Source of the DNA: Stylophora pistillata
Taxonomy: Eukaryota
NCBI RefSeq assembly: GCF_002571385.2
Contig: NW_019217830.1
Location: 470,029-534,028 of the forward strand
DNA length: 64,000 nucleotides
Direction of reading: 5' to 3'
Position numbers and translations under genes: made by a program. Of this stretch, positions 45,936-58,655 are shown piece by piece. The notes beneath the pieces are model-generated. The model was not told the origin of the DNA, ran no database searches, and was given only the letters and a program-made list of their open reading frames with translations. Within the stretch, counting starts at the first letter, position 1, and each line of letters starts with the position of its first letter.

Positions 45936-48900
45936 NNNNNNNNNNNNNNNNNNNNNNNNNNNNNNNNNNNNNNNNNNNNNNNNNNNNNNNNNNNNNNNNN
46001 NNNNNNNNNNNNNNNNNNNNNNNNNNNNNNNNNNNNNNNNNNNNNNNNNNNNNNNNNNNNNNNNNNNNNNNNNNNNNNNNNNNNNNNNNNNNNNNNNNNN
46101 NNNNNNNNNNNNNNNNNNNNNNNNNNNNNNNNNNNNNNNNNNNNNNNNNNNNNNNNNNNNNNNNNNNNNNNNNNNNNNNNNNNNCAACACATAATATCGA
46201 TTTGCATTTCAAAATTATCCGTCGTGTCCGGGTGGGAACTCGAAGAATATTGTTGCGTATAACTTACGGCAGATTAGCATTGAATTAATTGACATTAAAT
46301 TATGCAACATTTTGCAAACGAACGTGGTGAACAACTGAAGTAAGCTGGAGTGGCTCTGCAGTTATTTCTTATAAACAAGCTCTTTTACGTGAACGTTATC
46401 GACGTTGGAATGAGGCATTATGTTTGGTAGAAGATCTGAAGAAGAAACGGTGAGTACGGTTCGAAAGAAGTTAGCCGCGGATTGATGGCCGGCAACACGT
46501 GGACGCTGAGTGAAAAAAAGGGCAACGATTTGCAAACAGACATTAGAAAGGTATTTAAAAAGACTGTAGTCTTGAAGTTTCTTTTTCTAAGAACTAGCTT
46601 GATATTTACTTTACTGTCCAAAGATGATCTTATTTGTAAGAATAAGAAATAGCCAGAAGAAGGGAAATCATTCATTATGGTTTGCGTCGTGGGAGGGGTG
46701 GGATAAAAAGATTTATTGAGGACTACTGTCTTTTGCGGGGGTGGGGGTCGGGCTAGGTATGAAAGGTTGGTATGCGCAGCATAAAATTAAGTGAATGAAT
46801 AAGAGAGAAAACTCTTGGAGTAGGGAATTCTATTCAACACCTGTTTAAAAGAAAGGTGAAGGTACGTTGTAAAGGAAGGGCTACCGTGAGGAAGAGAGAA
46901 AATTCAGGATGCACTTTGATATCTCCTCTTACTTCTAAAACAAAGGTCTTTGGGAACTTCGACCCGTTAAGAGCTGAGAAATTTATTAGAATAGTTAGTT
47001 ATATTAATTGCTTTTTTGCCAAACAAGGCCACTTACTGTCCCTCGTCACAGAAACTTCCAGGGTCACGGTGTAAAGCTTTCTTACACTAAGCTTCTCAAG
47101 ACCTACATCGCTTGATCTTTTCACTCCCACGCGACAATAATTATCCTTACTGTCAGGCAGATATTTTTTCTGGAGATGTTTATGAGAATTTGGTGTCAAT
47201 TGAGCCAAGAGAGAGCGTACGAGGTCCGTTCTGGATGTGAGTGATTATCAGCTTCTTAACACTGACGCCAAGGTATATTCATCTAATTATGTATTTGTTT
47301 TTCAGTCAAATGAAAAACGAAGACGTGATATTAAAAGGTTAGACAGGAACAGAAAGTCAATGCCGTTGTGATCTACCTAACAATCGTGCATTCGTTTTTT
47401 AGTCAAATGACAAGCAAAGACGGGTTATTTAAAGGCTAGACATGAACAGAAAATCAATACCGTTGCGATCTAAGGAAAGAGGACGTCCAGAATTACTCTC
47501 CTTCAAACAGTAAGTTCATTATTTTATTCAGTTAAATAAAACCTTGGCAATGCCGTATCTATTTTAACGCGTACCCTTGACACCCTAAGACCCATTATCC
47601 ATATTCTCTATGTACTATTTTCCATACGTTTCCTATGACATGGAGAATTCGATAAACAGTCGAAGGCTTCTTCTTTAGTTGCCGATCATTTCCTTTGTTC
47701 TCGTGAACTTTGATTGATTTAGCGCTGAATGGCTTGGAGGGAGAAGTTAGATACAAGTCCCTTTAAGGGATTGAAAGATGAAGGAAATGCAGACATCAGG
47801 ATCACTAACAGATTTCATTTACACGTTTATCAATATTTCTTTTTTGTTGTTTTTCAACCCTCATTAATGAGGGGAATGGCACAGGCAAACGTAGATGTAA
47901 TCCCCGGTAATTGTACCAGACGAAGAATTTATCTTTTTCTAACCGAGTCTTAACGTCTTGACGCCAAATTGAGTTTTTCTCATTAATTTGTTGAAAATGT
48001 CAACTTTCAAGAAATAACTAAAGCAAAGTTATCACGCAAAAATGTTTTCGGTAGTATTATCTTGATAATCATGATTTAGATTAGTTTTTTTTACATACTT
48101 GCGTTTTTCGCGCTGAAATTAACTCCATGAAATTGGAAACTGGTCTTCAGCAGATTTTGACTTGAAATTATTGTACGGTAAACGAGAAAAGTGGAAACAG
48201 AGTTAGGTTTTACTAAGACTCCCTCCAATCTATTACATAGGGTCATTTTAAAAGTTTGTATTCTTATGAAGTTTTCGTTTATCGCTTGATTCGGTGTACC
48301 AATGCTCAAAGCTGAGAGTAATAATTCTCTTTTGTTTTGTTGTTTCAGGTCTTTGAATGGCTGTAATGATTCAAAGAAAACTCGAAGATCAAGGGAAAAA
48401 GGCTAACATTCAAACGAGAGACAGATTTACAGTGGAGGTATAAAAAAACTGAGGGGTCAACTACTTTTTAACGTGAGCGAAATCATTCGAAACAAACAGT
48501 TGGAAAGATTGTTTTGTTTAATTTTCCAACATTAATGTACACGTCACATTATCGAAGACTAGTGAACAGTACTTGTAAAAAAAATTTTTAGATTTTATAT
48601 TAAGAGTTGTCGTCCAAAGAATAGAATCTCGCCAGTAAGTTTATTTAATTTACAAAGTTGAACGTATTTCAAGATCAGAAATTTTGTCCACAGTATTATT
48701 TAGGAACAGTTAAAATTATATATGTAGTAAGATTTTTGCTTACGTTTTTCCACGGTGACCTCCGCTCAAAATTTCTAAAAAAACCAAAAAAAATCAAAAA
48801 ATCTTAGAAAAATACAGGCGCTTTAAATACGCATACGCCATTTTTTATTTTGAAAAAAAAAATTTTAACTCTGTAAGTATCATCTGTTCAAATCGTTACA

Positions 48901-49600
48901 ATTTTCCCGCCAGTGTTGTTTACTTTCTATTGTGTGACCTTTATTTTTTAATTTTTCAATTAAAAAAATAATAATACAAGTTTTTTGTCATACAATTCTT
49001 TAATTAGTTAATAGAATCTCCATAAAGGCATTATAAAAGTGCGAAGAAGAAATCGTTCGAAAATATACTGACTTTTGATATAATTTGATTTTCAATTTTT
49101 TTTTTTTTTTTGCACAAAGTAAGTCACAAAAAGTTAACAGGCCTTATCGCATCGATAGAACAAGACCTTTCCCAACGGACGGTTTTTCTTTTTTTTTTTT
49201 GGCGGAAAGGAGAATTTGGACATTATCTGATCAGTGGTTGTAGCCAAATCTATCGACTAAAAACCAGAAAAGTCTTTAAACCTTCAAAGTTTTAACATTT
49301 TAAGGCTCGGCGATCAGAATTTTAAGCTGTGTTTGACTTTTTTTTTTCACCTAAAAATTCAGCAGTTTAGAATTTAAACCCCATAGTTCTGTGATACTCC
49401 AATTTTCGGCTGAAAAAGGTCTTGTTACTTTAAAAACAAAACAATGAAACTCAATGACTAGCCCGAGGAATAGTTTAGATGTAAATGTATGCTTTCGCTC
49501 ATAGTTAGTTTTAACGAAAAAAAGCTTTGCAACCTTTTCAGTTCAACAGACCAGGATCGAGACGAAATTCATCAAATAGTTCTATGCTTTAAAGGCTGGA

Positions 49601-49601
<1 letters not shown>

Positions 49602-49635
<34 letters not shown>

Positions 49636-49762
49636 GGTAACAAGGTAATTTGGTTATATCAACTAAGTTGAAATTGTAAATTGGCCACCGTAACGAATAA
49701 AAAAGCTGACGTTTCGCTCTGACGAAGGGCTAACGCTCGAAACGTCAGCTTTTTTATTCGTT
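49602..49762. mobile_element. Penelope pseudo-LTR fragments in inverted arrangement
   Basis: Antisense pLTR 49602-49716 abuts a sense hammerhead, giving a perfect 25-bp inverted repeat (49692-49716 / 49738-49762). Confidence 0.75.
49716..49749 (+). ncRNA. Minimal type I hammerhead ribozyme
   Basis: GCU-CUGACGA-A-GGGC-uaac-GCUC-GAAA-C-GUC-AGC: intact core, GUC triplet, palindromic ACGU in place of stem III. Confidence 0.8.
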
Positions 49763-52700
49763 CTAGACTTTACTTAGTTGATCTATCAAGAAAACAAATA
49801 TCCAAAAAAAACCCAAAAAAACCTACACTCCCTAGCCAATAGTTACTGAAACATTTTCTTAGGAAAACTCTCGCTTAATTTGTGCCAACAACCGACAAAT
49901 AAAAGCTATTAGGTAGACCAACAGTTCTTACGAAATGGAGAGAATTTCCTTTTCTGCAACAGTCATAATTGTCAAGTGATTCTCTTAATTTTCTCGCCAC
50001 CGTCAAATGCAGACATGCTGAACTTGTCAACAAGTTTTGCCAATCTACTCGAAATCAGTCACTAGAGAACCTGAACCGAACCTGGATTCCAGTATTTTCG
50101 TTTCGCTTGAATTCGACAGACAAATCTTTTTATTTTAGCTGTTTGAATTGTTAAGTTTATTGGGATCTGTTCCTTCCAAGCAGAATTTCATTTGATGGTT
50201 TAAATTGCATTAGATATCGACAATACTCTGGTTCATAAAGGTTAACTCTGTTTTTTTTTGTTTTGTTTGTGTCCTTTTGTTTAACCCCTGATCAATTTTG
50301 TGGTCTGTGTAACTATGAATACGCGAAAAATGTTGTTAGAGGCCTCAGGGCCAGACATTTAGGTGTTACGTACTAAACTTGCAAAATGACAAGAGAACAT
50401 AGGCAAGTGGGCATGCCATTATAAAGCTTAAGTAAAAAATTCTTAAAGGAGGAACCACACAGTGAAAAGGACAGTTGTGTCAGCAGTACCAGTCTGATTC
50501 ATGAAAAGTAATTTTGTCACTTTTCTCACGATGGTTGATAAATTTTCAATTGAGCGTCAGTTTGCTTTGCCTACTGAACGTTCCTTTGTAATTGGCCCAG
50601 AAAACTCACGCCATCCTCCCAAACAATTATGATGCAAAGCTAAAAAACCAATCGCGACTTGATCATTCGCATTTTCTCGCATTTTCCCGCTTTTAAAGAA
50701 GTTTGCCCATTTTCACTTTAATCTCTCATTGGCTATAATATAAACCTCTGTTCTGATTGGTTACTGAAACAACTTTTACTTTTGGTTTTCGATACTCAAT
50801 TGAAACAGCTTAGTTGTGCTTGCTCAGTTTCGTCCGTTAGTTCGTGAATAGGTGTTGAATAAGTCTTTCGTTGGGGATGTCTAAGTCTGTAACGAGTTAG
50901 CAAATGTGTCCAAATTAGTCTATTTTCGAAGTTCTTGTCAACCTATCCGTTGGAGGAGGCCAAAAACTCGATCACATCATATCGTAAGCCAATCTAGCTT
51001 CTCTTCTGTCGATGTTTGAACGATGGTCGTATCGTACGGATTTTGGTTTCTGGTGTGCTCTCGTTATGCCGTAAAGTCATTGTATTATATGTATTGGAGC
51101 TGACTTAAACTCGTTTCGAGACCGGTTATTGTCTATCGTCCGAGGGGGGAGAGGGAGGGGAACTTTGGTTGGATTAACGCTCTGTAATTTTCTTCTAATC
51201 TCCCCTAATTGGCAGCTGGCAGTCAATTTTCTATCGTCCCCCCCCCCTTATATTATCTTTGCGACGACTGATCCCCTCTCCGTTGCCCTAGAAAACCATG
51301 TAATCCCCCATTAAAATCTTCCACAGTGTTCTGTGTAAAGTTGCCAGTAATGTGTTCTTCTTGTTGTTTTGGAACGTAGTGTCGAAGTCTTCCCTTGTAA
51401 AACTAGGTGTCACCTTTGTGTCGTTTAAAGCGGTCGCGAAATTTGTCAGTTTCATCATTGTGTACAGCTGTTGAGGTATCGACATCGTAGGGTAATCAAA
51501 GCTGCGTATTTTCTCGGCAAGTCGTGAGTAAATGGCTTTTCTTTAACGTTAAAAGAAGGAAACTTCCAAGGCCAATTTTTTTTTATGTAATTTTTTACTG
51601 CCTGAGTTCTCTCGTCCATTGCAAGAATATTTGTGGATATTTTGAGGAGGCACAGACCATTCTGTTAACTAAAAGTTTGGATGGACTACCTGATAAAAAA
51701 AATTCCTAGTTGTCCAGAAAAAAATTGTCCATAACCAAAACAACACAGCGTTCATTGCCGGTTACTCAATAACAAAGGCCGAAACATTTTTGTCGTTAAT
51801 TTCTTTAATTGTTTCATAATAGTGCATCATTGACCCATTGCACGTCACGTGATGTGGCCAAGATCCATACCCTTTTGGAAATTTAAGTGTCACCTTAAAA
51901 CATCCATCACAACACCATTACCAGTCGTTGATTTTCCTTGGTACTAATTGGTGCAGCATACACGAAGGAAAAACCTCGAGCGTCCAAATTAAGTTCGTAA
52001 TCTGATCAGTTTTAGGAGTTTGTAATTAAGAGGGAAAATAAATACCACATACACAAGAGGTCCTGAATTCGATCAGCCCTCTTTCCAAAAGACTATTTCA
52101 TGAAGGTTTCGAAATATTTGTTAATTGATTTTGATCACCCAATCAAGTCAGGTTTAAAACTCGTGTAGGTCCACAAAATAAGTACCATGAGAAATTGACT
52201 AAAACTATAGTCATTAAAATTCTTATCTTTGTAGAGTTTCCTTCCAATTCAAGTTGATTCTAGTTTATTCTCTTTCGTTCTTTCCTCTTCCTTCTTCTTA
52301 ATTCCAGTTTCCTGTAAATAGCAAAAAATATTGTTTAGTTGGCTTGCTTATCTTAAGACTATTTAAGAATTCTATAAAAAAATTAAGAGAACGGTCGCAA
52401 ATTCTCATCAATAGAAATTAAGAAGCCAAAACGAATTTTTCATCGGCGCAAACAAAATATATATTTTCAAATAAAAAAATGATCACCATACAATGAAATA
52501 TTATGATAAAAAGGTAAGTAATATTGCTTTCTCTGCGTGTTCAGAAGATCAGTCACTTAAAACATCAAATATGGAGTAGAAAAGTAAACCAATCACTGAC
52601 GAAACGTCAGAGACTTAAGGTGATTTTTTTTCCAACGTTTTTTGTATGCAAATCAACACTTGAAGGGAAACAAAGCCAGTTCGTGTGAAATATTTTCCTT

Positions 52701-52994
52701 GTTACAACCAGTGCCTAGTTTGTTTTGAAAAATGAAATTCATTACAACAGAAAAAATAAATTAAAAATTATAGATTCTGAATGTTAAAAACATGTCATAC
52801 ACCACTTCTGACTTCTAAAAAAAATTCCAATCAGTCCTGAGAAAAGTTATGAGAAAATGAAAGGAAGATGTTTAATTTTTTTGTTGCATGGGATAGTTTT
52901 CCGTTAACAACTCAGCAAATAGTACATAGGAGACAACGTACTTTTCAGTTGAAGCTGCTGCAGGTATTCAATACATCTGCAAATATTCAACATT

Positions 52995-55797
52995 CTCTCT
53001 CTCTCTCTTGCAGTCATTCGATGCGACTATGACTGTCCTATGGGTTCGGCTTTGGTTTGATAGAATTTCTCCATGCTGTTCTGTTATTGGCTGTAGTCTG
53101 CCATGATTTTCGTCAGATGTCTCTCCATTTCATATGTCGTTTCGCTACATCCTTGTATCTGAGACTAAGTCTTCCTTGGTTTTTGATTTCTTCACAGACT
53201 GAGCTGGGAGTAGAGCATTTCTCGGGGGAGCCGGTCGTTTCCATCCCGTGCACATGTCCTAACCATCTAAGGTTTTTCTCAGTCCGTACGTCAGTCATGC
53301 ATGGCAGGTCTGCGCGGCGTAGCATTTCTTCATTGTTGATTATATCGGTCCATTTGATGTTCATGATGTCTCTCAGCTGTCTCATCATGTAGGCATGTAG
53401 TTTGTAGTTTGTAGTTTGTAGTTTCTTAACCTGTGACCTGTATATTGTCCATACTTCTGCTCCATAAAAGAGGCTTGATAGTACCACTGCTCTCTAGACT
53501 TTGCACTTCGCTCGGATGGAAACGTGTTTGTTTTTCCACAGCCGGTGTTGGAGTTTACCAAAAGCAGCACTTGCCTTTCCCATTCTATTCCGAATCTCCT
53601 TGTCTATACCAGCAGTGCGGTTCGAGACAGTGCTTCTAAGGTAGGTAAAATCAGTGCTTTGTACAAGTGGCTCCTGGTTTACCGTGATTGATTCTGGCCC
53701 AGGTGGAGGGTTAAATAGTTTGACTGGTTGAAACAGGCATTCTGTCTTCTTGATGTTTATCTTCAGGCTGAATTGGGCGGCAGCCCTAGCAAACTCATCA
53801 ACAAGTAATTGTATATCTGCAGCATTGTGAGCAACCCGGGCAGTATCATCAGCAAACGGCATCTCTCGAATTAAGTACCTACTAATGCGAGTTTTTCCCT
53901 TGAAGTGAGACACATTAAAGAGATCTGCCCCACGTCTTGTCTGAATGTAAATCCCTTCATGTACGTTTCTAAACGCTACTTTCAAGGTTTCTGTTATGTA
54001 TAATGAGAATAATGTAGGTGCGAGCACACAGCCCCGCTTTACACCATTTGTGACTGCAAATTTCTTGGAGATGTCTTTGCCTTGAACTACTTGGGCCTGC
54101 AACCCTTCACGTAGAGCTTTGATCATGTTGATGACTTTTTCTGTACATCCAAACTTTTTTAGTATGATACAGAGGCCTTCTCTTGACACTGTATCAAAGG
54201 CTATATTCAAGTCTATGAATACAGCACACAGTTGCATATTCTGTTCTATACATTTCTCTTGGATCTGCCGCAGGCTATAGATCATGTCGATGATACTTCG
54301 GTTGCTTCGGAATCCGCATCGAGTCTCAGGCAAGATGTTAGGAGTTATCTTGTTATTTAACCTGTTGAGGATAATACGAGCCATTATTTTTCCAGCAATA
54401 GACAGAAGCGAGATTCCCCTGGAATTGCCACAGTCTCTCCTGTTTCCCTTCTTGAAGATAGTCTCTATGTTTGCATCCTTCCAGTCTTGTGGCATTTGTT
54501 CTTTTGTCCAGATATCAACAATCAGATCGCAAAGTCTCTCTTTCAACTTTATTCCGCCATACTTCCAAACCTCAGCAGGGATGCCGCATTCACCAGGAGC
54601 CTTGTTCTCCTTGGTAGCATGCAGTAATTGCTTTATCAAGCTCATTAAATTCCGGTAACTCATCCAGGCTGACATTTGTTGGTACGTCTGGGAGGCTGTC
54701 TAGAGCAGCGTGGTTCAGTTTTCCAAGCACATTTAGCAGTTGATCAAAATGCTGGGGAAATCTGTTCAGAATTTCGTCCTTTCTCTTCAAGACTGTTACT
54801 CCATCAACATCAAGCGCTGTTAGTTGGGCACTCCCTCTCTTCTGTGGTCCATACACCACTTTAAGGTCATTGTAGAATGCCTTCATGTCATTTTGGGCCG
54901 CTGCCTGCTGTAATTCTACTGCTTTATCTTCCCACCACTGAGACCTCTTTTCTCTGGTATACTTCTGAAGTTTGCTTCTGGCTGTAGCAAGCCTAGAGCT
55001 GCTCACTTGTGTTTTTCTTTTTAGTTCGTTTGCTTTAGCCTTATTTTGTTCGCCAAACAAGGTGTTAAGCTCAACATCACTCTCATCAAACCAATCTTGG
55101 TGTTTCCGGTCTGGTTTACCAAGGATATCTCCAGCTGTTTCGTAGGCAGTGGTCTTCAACCTGTCCCACTGCTCCTCTAAATCCAAGTTTTCATCATACT
55201 TTTCTTCCATGATCATGTCCATTTGCTTCTGGAACGCCCTGCATACTTTCTCATTTCGCAACTTAGCCACATTCATTTTGGATGTTGGTTTTCCTTTAGT
55301 CTTGTTAGTGGCTTTCCTAAGTACAAAAGCGAGTTTAGATCGAGTCATGTTGTGATCTGTCGAGCAGTCAGCCCCTCCCATTGCTCTAATGTCCAACACA
55401 TCCTTCTGATCGCTCTGCCGTGTTATCACATAATCTATAATAGGTGCCAATGCCTTGACCGAGGATGCATCCAGGTAGTTTTGTGATGAAGCTTGTGTTT
55501 GAAGACAGTGTTAGTGATGACTAGCTTGTACTCAGAGCAGAATGCTAGTAAGAGTTCACCATTTGAGCGGCACTTTCCGATTCCTTGTAAGCCGATTACA
55601 CCGGGCTAGTTATTTTGCCTCACATCCAGCCCTTGCATTGAAATCACCAGCTATAATGAGTTTATCAGTGGTAGGGACCTCCTTCCCGGTTCCCTCAGTC
55701 TGTTATAAAATTCTTCTTTGTTCTCTTTAGGGTTTGTCATTGTCGGAACGAAGGCACTGATAATTGTAGCATAGACGTTTCTCTCCAGAGGCACACA
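52995..55797 (-). mobile_element. RTE-clade non-LTR retrotransposon, 5'-truncated and frameshifted (APE endonuclease plus RT)
   Basis: [27 protein letters not shown] (APE); KAPG, RGISLLSIAGK, GFRSNRS, FIDL..AFDTV, GVKRGCVLAPTLF, FADD, FTYL.S (RT); LFYGAE.W, LRWLGHV; (GA)n tail at ~52995-53008. Confidence 0.93.
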
Positions 55798-57037
55798 TAC
55801 TCCGCGTCTCTGAGTGGCAAAAGCAGTTAGCGCGCATCCGCGTCCCACGTGGACAGACAACTTACCCTGACTAGGGGATCCTAATTCATGATCGGGACGG
55901 ACAAACACAACTTTCAAGTTTAGGGGCCAGGAGCTGACAAGTTTGGTATTCCAAAGTAATGGCCAATGGTCGACCTTTACTTTCATTCGCCGGTGGCCAA
56001 AACACTGTGGAATGCCTTTAATTCTTGCTCAGACCAGGACTTGTTCTTTAGCTTTTCGTCTATTTTGCTCTTCCCCTTAACAGCAGTCGACGGACCATTT
56101 TGATTTCCCAGGGCCATGACCCATCATTCCTTTCTAGTTCCATTTCCCTTACAGAGTTTAATAATTTATAATAATAATAATAACAATTTAATATTTATAT
56201 TGCGCAAATTAGCATGTGGATATGATCAAATGCGCATCACAGCACTTTTTGGGGGACTTTGGCCGGACTGCATCAGCAGTTTACAAACAATCGAAGGAAA
56301 CTTATTTGAAGATGCCCCCTTTCCCCAATTCCCAGTAAACAGGCCAGACCACATCACAGTTATCTCGTGAGTGGGTTCTTTAACGTCCCCTGCCTAACCA
56401 AATTATAACTAATTAATAGATGCAGGAGACGGGACCTACGGTTTATTCATGCTAATCCGAGAAGACTAAAATGTCTATCCATTTCTTGATATTATAGAAA
56501 GGTAGCGCACACGAGGTTTGGCACACGAGGTGCGACCATTTGTATTTAATCATTCTGTTTTCTTGAATTGACTGGACTTTTATTTTACTGCCAAAAAATT
56601 ATTTATATAGTGGAAATAGTGAGGGAAAGGAATAGAAAGGGAGGAAATTATTCATTATGGTTTGAGTTGTGGGAAGTGGGATGGAGAGATTTCTTGAGGG
56701 CCATGGGAAGCGGGGAAGCTAGGTATGAAATTTTAGTAATAAGAGACACAACTCTTGGGTGCGGAATTTCATCGAGTCCTGTTAAAAAGAAAGGTAGAAG
56801 TCATAAAGGAGGACCACAGTGAGAAGAGGTGTGTCCAGGGAGGGGAGGGAGGGAGGTAGTGAGAGAGCCGCAGGATTTAGGATGCGTTTTGATTTCCATA
56901 TCTTATGCTTTCTTCAGTACTTCCACAAACCGAAAGCCTCTCGGAATTTAGCGGGAATTTTGTCAAAAGAGTCCGTCGTAAATCAGTTTGCATGCGCATT
57001 CTCGATAGTGTTCTATATGCATTTCCTAGGGTGCTTC

Positions 57038-57135
57038 TCTTTGACGAAGGGCTAACGCTCGAAACGTCAGCTTTGAAACTCTTTACGGTGGCCAATTTAC
57101 ATCATCAACTCAATTGATCAAACCAAAATTCCTTT
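57038..57135 (+). mobile_element. Penelope pLTR fragment with hammerhead carrying a CUGA>UUGA core change
   Basis: ttgacgaagggctaacgctcgaaacgtcagc followed by tacggtggccaatttac.atcaactc; same family as 49.7 kb. Confidence 0.7.
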
Positions 57136-57600
57136 TTTCAGATATCAAGATATAAGGTTACTGGGAAGAACACTCCTTTCTAGGATGGACAGCTCGTGTT
57201 TCTTACACCCCAGGTTAGTATTTGTTGTCATTTTCACGTCAAAGTTACTTACGAAATGTTGCTCCTGGATGTTATCCTAAATGTATTACCTGATTTTTTG
57301 ATCGAGAAACAAACCTTAAGGCTGGAATTGGCGGTCTTTAATTCCAGTTCATTGTATATGCCCCTGAAATAAGGAACACTCAATGTCTGCGCTTGGGCTT
57401 CCGGTGGTTGGACGTCAAGGACAGTAAAGGACATAATCCTCTTTTAAGCTAATCTTCTTTTTACTCTAACTGTAAAGTAAAGTAACATCATCGCCTGTGA
57501 TGCGCGAGGATTCGTTTGGTTGTCGTTCCTCACAGGCGTACATGAAGAGAGCAAAGCAGATGAAGTAAAACCGAGCTAAATGGCCCTAAATCAGATAATA

Positions 57601-58655
57601 ATTTTTCAGGTCTGATTTTCGCTATTGCTTAAATAGCGCTATCTACTGCGAGGATCGTTCACCATATGTATCTAATACCGCAGTTCAAAATATATGAACT
57701 TCATATATTTCATTGTATCTGATTTATCACTTTCACGGGTTTATTACGAATCAACTTGACGGCCTGCTCCCAGTTGGCTTGTTAGCTCAATTGGTAGAGC
57801 ACTGCACTAGTATCGCAGTGGTTCGAATCCCGTACAGGCCTGATTTTTTTCAGGTCTGATTTTCGCTATTGCTTAAATAGCGCTATCTACTGCGAGGATC
57901 GTTCACCATATGTATCTAATACCGCAGTTCAAAATATATGAACTTCATATATTTCATTGTATCTGATTTATCACTTTCACGGGTTTATTACGAATCAACT
58001 TAACGGCCTGCTCCCAGTTGGCTTGTTAGCTCAATTGGTAGAGCGCTGCACTAGTATCGCAGAGGTCAGTGGTTCGAATCCCGTACAGGCCTGATTTTTT
58101 TCAGGTCTGATTTTCGCTATTGCTTAAATAGCGCTATCTACTGCGAGGATCGTTCACCATATGTATCTAATACCGCAGTTCAAAATATATGAACTTCATA
58201 TATTTCATTGTATCTGATTTATCACTTTCACGGGTTTATTACGAATCAACTTGACGGCCTGCTCCCAGTTGGCTTGTTAGCTCAATTGGTAGAGCGCTGC
58301 ACTAGTATCGCAGAGGTCAGTGGTTCGAATCCCGTACAGGCCTGATTTTTTTCAGGTCTGATTTTCGCTATTGCTTAAATAGCGCTATCTACTGCGAGGA
58401 TCGTTCACCATATGTATCTAATACCGCAGTTCAAAATATATGAACTTCATATATTTCATTGTATCTGATTTATCACTTTCACGGGTTTATTACGAATCAA
58501 CTTAACGGCCTGCTCCCAGTTGGCTTGTTAGCTCAATTGGTAGAGCGCTGCACTAGTATCGCAGAGGTCAGTGGTTCGAATCCCGTACAGGCCTGATTTT
58601 TTTCAGGTCTGATTTTCGCTATTGCTTAAATAGCGCTATCTACTGCGAGGATCGT
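57601..58655 (+). repeat. Tandem array of 251-bp units (~4.2 copies), each with a tRNA-Thr(AGT)-like element
   Basis: caggtctg recurs at 57607, 57851, 58102, 58353, 58604 (spacing 244, 251, 251, 251); units nearly identical. Confidence 0.95.
58020..58092 (+). pseudogene. tRNA-Thr(AGT)-like element; identical at 58271-58343 and 58522-58594, 7-nt-deleted copy at 57776-57841
   Basis: Acceptor GGCTTGT/ACAGGCC, D-stem GCTC/GAGC, loop CTAGTAT, TTCGAAT T-loop, T7 run downstream; A-C mismatch in the anticodon stem and two T-stem mismatches. Confidence 0.7.

Noticed and set aside
45850-46212. Poly-I/poly-N ORFs and other X-filled ORFs (1890, 20055-20441)
   Set aside because: Artefacts of microsatellites and N gaps.
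50830-52312. Coding-like minus-strand stretch split by a MITE
   Set aside because: Stops in all frames and no recognisable family; at most an old pseudogene.
52594-52612. ctgacgaaacgtcag (and ctgacga at ~60025) as hammerheads
   Set aside because: Stem II or the GAAA box is missing.
53057-55730. Plus-strand ORFs over the LINE
   Set aside because: Antisense shadows of the RTE ORF.
56116-56370. Near-identical peptides here and at 60746-60973 as paralogous genes
   Set aside because: Both are translations of the same SINE tail in opposite orientations.
57776-58594. Four functional tRNA-Thr genes
   Set aside because: T stem has two mismatches, anticodon stem has an A-C pair, and copy 1 has a deletion.
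57601-58655. CRISPR array
   Set aside because: Units are identical along their whole length with no unique spacers; no cas genes; eukaryotic context.
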